Source of the DNA: a virus
Virus record (IMG/VR): IMGVR_UViG_3300028394_000001
Span: 64,001-128,000 of that record
Length of the DNA stretch: 64,000 nt
Direction: 5' to 3' (one strand)
The translations under genes and the position numbers were made by a program. Below are positions 59,850 to 64,000 of this stretch, in pieces. The notes below the pieces were generated by a model. That model had not been told where the DNA came from. It ran no database searches and saw only the letters and a list, made by a program, of their open reading frames with translations. Positions within the stretch are counted from its first letter, which is position 1. Each line of letters begins with the position of its first letter.

Positions 59850-62786
59850 TTAAGCATACGCATAGTATACATTGTGGTCAGGATCGGTTGGTATTGAAAT
59901 GGTTTCTCTCTTGTTTGATCCTATTATAGTTGTACTATTATTTACAAAGATAATAGATGCCATATTTTTACTTTTCTTCATCGATGAATTTAACGATGAC
60001 ATTTGATTTAAAGCCAAACCATCTAAAATATTTTCCGAATTTAAACTAGAACTTCTGCGTGGTGTTTGTTGTATTATTATTTTATCTTTTCTATCTTTTG
60101 TTTCTTGTTCAGATAAATCTTTTAATGTTTGTAAAGGAATAAGTTTTCTTGATAAATATCCCAATTCATTTTTATATTCACCTATAGTTTTTGGAAAATT
60201 TTCATCATTATTCTTATAAACAAGGTAATGGTTTGCTCTAATTTCAGCAGGTGTAAGAAAGTCTTTTAAAAGCTTATCATCTTCACCTTCATCAAATGCT
60301 TTTTTTATTGCCTTAGCATAAGTTATTCCGTTAAAGTGAGCCAGTCTTAGAGTTAATTCGGAAATGCTGGATCCTAAATTTTTAGCATTTTCAATCGTAT
60401 GTTCATTCATCAACAATTCTTGGACATCTTCAGAATATACTGTGTCCATGTAATTTGGTCCTAAAACATCTCTAGCTCTAAATAAAAGTGTATCTGGCAT
60501 GAATTGATATTTACCCATGGCTGAGCCAGCACCTTTTGCATTGAAGTATCTACTTCTACTTTTTTGTAGTTCATTAACTTCTCGTATTGTCATGTCAGTT
60601 AAGTCTTTTTCAAAATTAACTCTTTTTTCCCAAACCAATTTTCCTTTAGGATATTTTTTATAATTATCAGGATCTGTTCTTTTATCAAATGTTATTAATT
60701 TTAATTTTGAACCAGGATCACTTATGTCACCCTCACCTTTTTTAATTATACTTGTAAGAATAGGTTCTTGGGAATTTTCATTAGACCACACAAAACGGTC
60801 TTTTGAAGCTTGATTTGCACCTAAATATTCATCGGGAACTTTAGCGGATTCACCTCTTGAGATATTGGCTTTTGCTGCTTTTAATACATCTGAAGACTGT
60901 TCTTCAACTCTAGGAACAGGCACTGCGGTTTGTTCTCTTGGTGGAATTGGTGTAACAGTAACAGGTCTCGCTGGTTGAGGCCTTGGTGCTACCGGCGCAG
61001 GTTCAGGAACAGGTTGCGCTGTTACTGGTTGACCATGACGATTCTTTAATGACTCATCATTGGATGCACTTCTTTCAGCTATTTTTTGTTCTTCTTGGCG
61101 TTTTCTTTCAGCTGCAGCTTCAGTGACTTGACGCCTCCTCTCAATTTCAGCCTCACGAGCAGCTTCAAAATCTTGGCGTCTTCTCTCAGCCAAAGCCGCC
61201 GCTTCATCATCTTTACGTTTTTTCTCAGTTTCAGCTGCTATACGAGCTTTTTCAGCTTCAATAGCTGCAGTTTCTTCTCTCTGTCTTCTATCATCATCTT
61301 CTTTTTGTTTTCTTCTTCGAGCAACCTCAGCTGCATTTTGTTCCGTTTGTTGCCTTTGATTGTCTTCTCTTTGCTTTCTTTCCGTTTCTTCCCTCTGTCT
61401 TTTTTCATCATCTTGACGTTTTTTGTCAGCTTCTTCTTTTTGTTTTATTTCTTGTAAACGACGAGCTTCAGCTTTTGCAGATTCAGCTGCAGCTTGTTCT
61501 CTTTGTTGCCTTATTTGATTTTCTGCGGCCGCACGTTTTTCTTCTTCTGCTCGAGCAGCATCACTCTCTCTTTCTTTTTGTCTACTTTCAGACTTAGCTT
61601 TTTCTCTGTTTCTTTCATCTTCAGCGGCTTTTTCTTCTTTCAACTTTCTTTCTTGTCTTGCTTTATCTTCTATTTCCCTTTGTCGTTCAGCTTCAGCGTT
61701 GGTTCTTTGTATTCTTCTTTCTTCAACAATAGCCTCCGATTTAGCATCAGCTTCATTTTTTAGCCTTAATCTATCAGCTTCTCTTTGTTTTTCTTCTTGT
61801 TCAGCTCGTCTTCTTTCAACATCTTCTCTTGCTTTTTTTTCTTTTTCTTGTTCAGCTTTTAAACGTATCCTTTCTTCAAACGCTGCGCTTTGTCTTTCCA
61901 ATTCATCTTGTTCTTTTTGTGCTTGTTCTCTGTTAGGTGGTGTTGGAGAAGGTGCTGGTGGCGGTGCTGGAGGAGGTGTTGGAGTTGTTTGAGCAGCTGC
62001 GGCACCAGCCATACCAAGTGCAGCTGCACCTAAACCTAATGCAAGTATTAACTCTTTTGCACCTTTAGAAACAATATCATCATCTTTTTCATTTGATTTA
62101 ACATTTTTATTTCCACCAGTATGGCTTAATGCCTCCATCAATTCTTTATGTCTTCTTTTTTCATTCTCTAGCTTGGTGTCACCAAAGTTTTCCTTTAAAT
62201 CTTTGATTAATTTTTTTTCTGCTATATCATTTTTTAGAATAGAATAGATTTTAGCAGCCACGGTGGCTGGGCCATCACCCTTACGCAGTTTAGGCCTTGT
62301 AGATAATCCAACCTTAGTATATAACTCTGCATTAACTTTAGATGTTATTGATTTAGCTGTATTTGTTTTATTACCCAAAAACATCTTATTCATTCTTTTG
62401 GGAGCAAACTTCTTAGCTATTTTGTTAGATTTATTAGACATTGGTCCTATGTTTGGACCTTCATTGTCTTGTTCATCGTCCTGTTCTTCAGGTTTTTCTT
62501 TTTTTACATAACGACCAGTTTTTGGATCACGAGCACGACCTTGTTCAGCAAGAATCTTTTGAATTAAGGGAACAAGTATATGCTCTCTATAACCAGGTTG
62601 TTTAGATAATTCCAGTTGCCTTTTCTTTAGCTCACTCTTTGACATTTTTTTACCGAGGTCAACAAGTTGGTCTACCTGTTTTTTAGACAAATTTCCAACA
62701 CTCAACAATTCGTTGATTTTATTTTCGTTGAACATCTGCTCAAATTCTCCCGATTTAAGCATACTGTCGAAGACTTTTTGTTCCAT
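59850..62786 (-). CDS. Putative baseplate hub / tail length protein with a long charged helix and a lysozyme-like domain
   Basis: ~290-aa E/R/K/A-rich segment; ISRGES...AMGKYQFMPDTL...SEDVQE. Confidence 0.65.
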   Translation of the reverse strand: MEQKVFDSMLKSGEFEQMFNENKINELLSVGNLSKKQVDQLVDLGKKMSKSELKKRQLELSKQPGYREHILVPLIQKILAEQGRARDPKTGRYVKKEKPEEQDDEQDNEGPNIGPMSNKSNKIAKKFAPKRMNKMFLGNKTNTAKSITSKVNAELYTKVGLSTRPKLRKGDGPATVAAKIYSILKNDIAEKKLIKDLKENFGDTKLENEKRRHKELMEALSHTGGNKNVKSNEKDDDIVSKGAKELILALGLGAAALGMAGAAAAQTTPTPPPAPPPAPSPTPPNREQAQKEQDELERQSAAFEERIRLKAEQEKEKKAREDVERRRAEQEEKQREADRLRLKNEADAKSEAIVEERRIQRTNAEAERQREIEDKARQERKLKEEKAAEDERNREKAKSESRQKERESDAARAEEEKRAAAENQIRQQREQAAAESAKAEARRLQEIKQKEEADKKRQDDEKRQREETERKQREDNQRQQTEQNAAEVARRRKQKEDDDRRQREETAAIEAEKARIAAETEKKRKDDEAAALAERRRQDFEAAREAEIERRRQVTEAAAERKRQEEQKIAERSASNDESLKNRHGQPVTAQPVPEPAPVAPRPQPARPVTVTPIPPREQTAVPVPRVEEQSSDVLKAAKANISRGESAKVPDEYLGANQASKDRFVWSNENSQEPILTSIIKKGEGDISDPGSKLKLITFDKRTDPDNYKKYPKGKLVWEKRVNFEKDLTDMTIREVNELQKSRSRYFNAKGAGSAMGKYQFMPDTLLFRARDVLGPNYMDTVYSEDVQELLMNEHTIENAKNLGSSISELTLRLAHFNGITYAKAIKKAFDEGEDDKLLKDFLTPAEIRANHYLVYKNNDENFPKTIGEYKNELGYLSRKLIPLQTLKDLSEQETKDRKDKIIIQQTPRRSSSLNSENILDGLALNQMSSLNSSMKKSKNMASIIFVNNSTTIIGSNKRETISIPTDPDHNVYYAYA

Positions 62787-62788
62787 TT

Positions 62789-62977
62789 TTATTTCTTAGT
62801 TGCGTTTCGTTGTTTTATTTTCTCATTTTCTTCTTCAATATATTGTGTAAGCAAAGTAATATAAATGTCTCTTTCCCAAGGTAACATGGTTTCTAGTTCG
62901 GTTAGACTGTATTTGTGATGCTGCATCAATGCAAAATTGGTTGTATAATAATTTCGCAGAGTATCATGCCGCATCAC
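62789..62977 (-). CDS. gp51: Baseplate hub assembly catalyst (gp51-like)
   Basis: NYYTTNFALMQHHKYSLTELETMLPWERDIY. Confidence 0.85.
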   Translation of the reverse strand: MMRHDTLRNYYTTNFALMQHHKYSLTELETMLPWERDIYITLLTQYIEEENEKIKQRNATKK

Positions 62978-63702
62978 TACCCGAAAAAATTTTCAAGGCC
63001 CTCCACATCAATGGTATGATGGAAACCACATTTCTTACAGTCCATTTCAATCTTCTTATTCAATACAGGAAGATTGTCAAAAAAGTCTTCAATTCTTGAA
63101 AACTGTTCTTGATTCAAAGATTCAATAAATTCAACCATTTCTTCTTTTGAACTTTCATTTGCATAATAGAATTGTTCACCGTCAAAAATGTATTCAACAC
63201 TATTGACAATCATTTCAAAAGCCATATCGGTAGAACTTTGTGTGTCCTTCACTAAATCGAGTGCAGAAAACTTTGGATAAGATAGTTTAATCATAATCTT
63301 ATCTGTAAGTTGAATTTCAGATTTACTTTCTTGTGTTTCAGTAATTTGAATATCTAATAAGTTTATACTAACTTCCATCAAATTACCACAAGCTTTTTCT
63401 TCTACTATGTTCTCGCAGCGGTATTTGTTTTCTACTACTTCACCGACGGATCGTGCTCGCAGTTGGATAAAGTAGTATTCAATATCAATGATTGGTAAAT
63501 TATCAATATCAATGTTCTCTGTCAGGGTACAATTGTGTAGAACTTGCTTAATGTTCTTTTCAATTGTTTCTCTTTCATTTGCCTCCATAGCCATCATTAG
63601 GTTCCTCTGTTCTTTCACTAAGAAAGGACGGAAGCGCACCAGTTTCTTGCTCATAGGTAAAGTCAATTCAAAGATTGGTGAATCTATTTTAGGTAAAGCC
63701 AT
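62977..63702 (-). CDS. gp26: Baseplate hub subunit (gp26-like)
   Basis: MALPK, RPFLVKE, LRARSVGE and C-terminal CKKCG...GLENFF motifs. Confidence 0.9.
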   Translation of the reverse strand: MALPKIDSPIFELTLPMSKKLVRFRPFLVKEQRNLMMAMEANERETIEKNIKQVLHNCTLTENIDIDNLPIIDIEYYFIQLRARSVGEVVENKYRCENIVEEKACGNLMEVSINLLDIQITETQESKSEIQLTDKIMIKLSYPKFSALDLVKDTQSSTDMAFEMIVNSVEYIFDGEQFYYANESSKEEMVEFIESLNQEQFSRIEDFFDNLPVLNKKIEMDCKKCGFHHTIDVEGLENFFG

Positions 63703-63732
63703 AGTTTATTTCCTTTTCATTAATTATATAAG

Positions 63733-64000
63733 TTAACGGGTTCTCCAGCGAGTGAAAGCGAAAGTTACATTTAATTTGTGGTAACCATCATTTGACCAAT
63801 CTAAATCTAGTTGGTTGACTGAAATTGGAAAAGCATCTAATAATTCACAGGTAAAAACTCTTTGACCGGAATTTGAAATTTGGTTAATTTTTATGTCACT
63901 AACATAATCTTTTTTATATCTAAAATCGTAAGAATCTACTGGATTAATCCAATTCATCCATTCATCAAATAATCTTTTTTCTTTTAGGCCAAATTCTTCG
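63733..64000 (-). CDS. Tail tube / baseplate-tube initiator (gp54/gp19 family), 5' end outside the window
   Basis: Frame open to the window end: EKRLFDEWMNWINP...YKKDY...DAFPISVNQLDLDW...VTFAF. Confidence 0.75.
   Translation of the reverse strand, partial: EEFGLKEKRLFDEWMNWINPVDSYDFRYKKDYVSDIKINQISNSGQRVFTCELLDAFPISVNQLDLDWSNDGYHKLNVTFAFTRWRTR

Noticed and set aside
61086-61992. Phe/Ser/Leu-rich + strand ORFs
   Set aside because: Antisense shadows of the E/K/R-rich segment of 59850-62786.
1-64000. Stop-codon reassignment
   Set aside because: Core genes translate full-length in the standard code; only one isolated frame break was seen.

Overview
This 64-kb window is part of an AT-rich T4-like (myovirus) phage genome with a Gram-negative host. 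Spanins and an OMP support a Gram-negative host; the two-piece tmRNA hints at a betaproteobacterium. All calls come from motifs and recalled family features; no database search was run. Order of content: (1) putative capsid-internal and structural proteins and a lysis cassette (spanins, GH19 endolysin, holin); (2) primase gp61, thyX, nrdA/nrdB with an inserted envelope-modification block, and rnh; (3) a long early region of small genes driven by near-consensus sigma70 promoters, including a GC-richer inverted block and a promoter-dense non-coding divergence point at about 28.2-28.9 kb; (4) phoH, exonuclease, a circularly permuted tmRNA, OMP, SleB-type hydrolase, gp33, gp59 and gp32; (5) minus-strand baseplate hub and tail genes. 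The stand-out feature is a ~6.4-kb island between phoH and the exonuclease that looks like a phage-encoded RiPP-type peptide-modification system. It holds a 133-aa protein with 16 Cys (13 as Asn-Cys) in its C-terminal half, a radical SAM/SPASM enzyme, four 2OG-Fe(II) oxygenases, a flavin-dependent Trp-halogenase and an internally duplicated unknown protein. The Cys-rich gene follows a late-promoter-like motif, suggesting the modified product may be a virion component.
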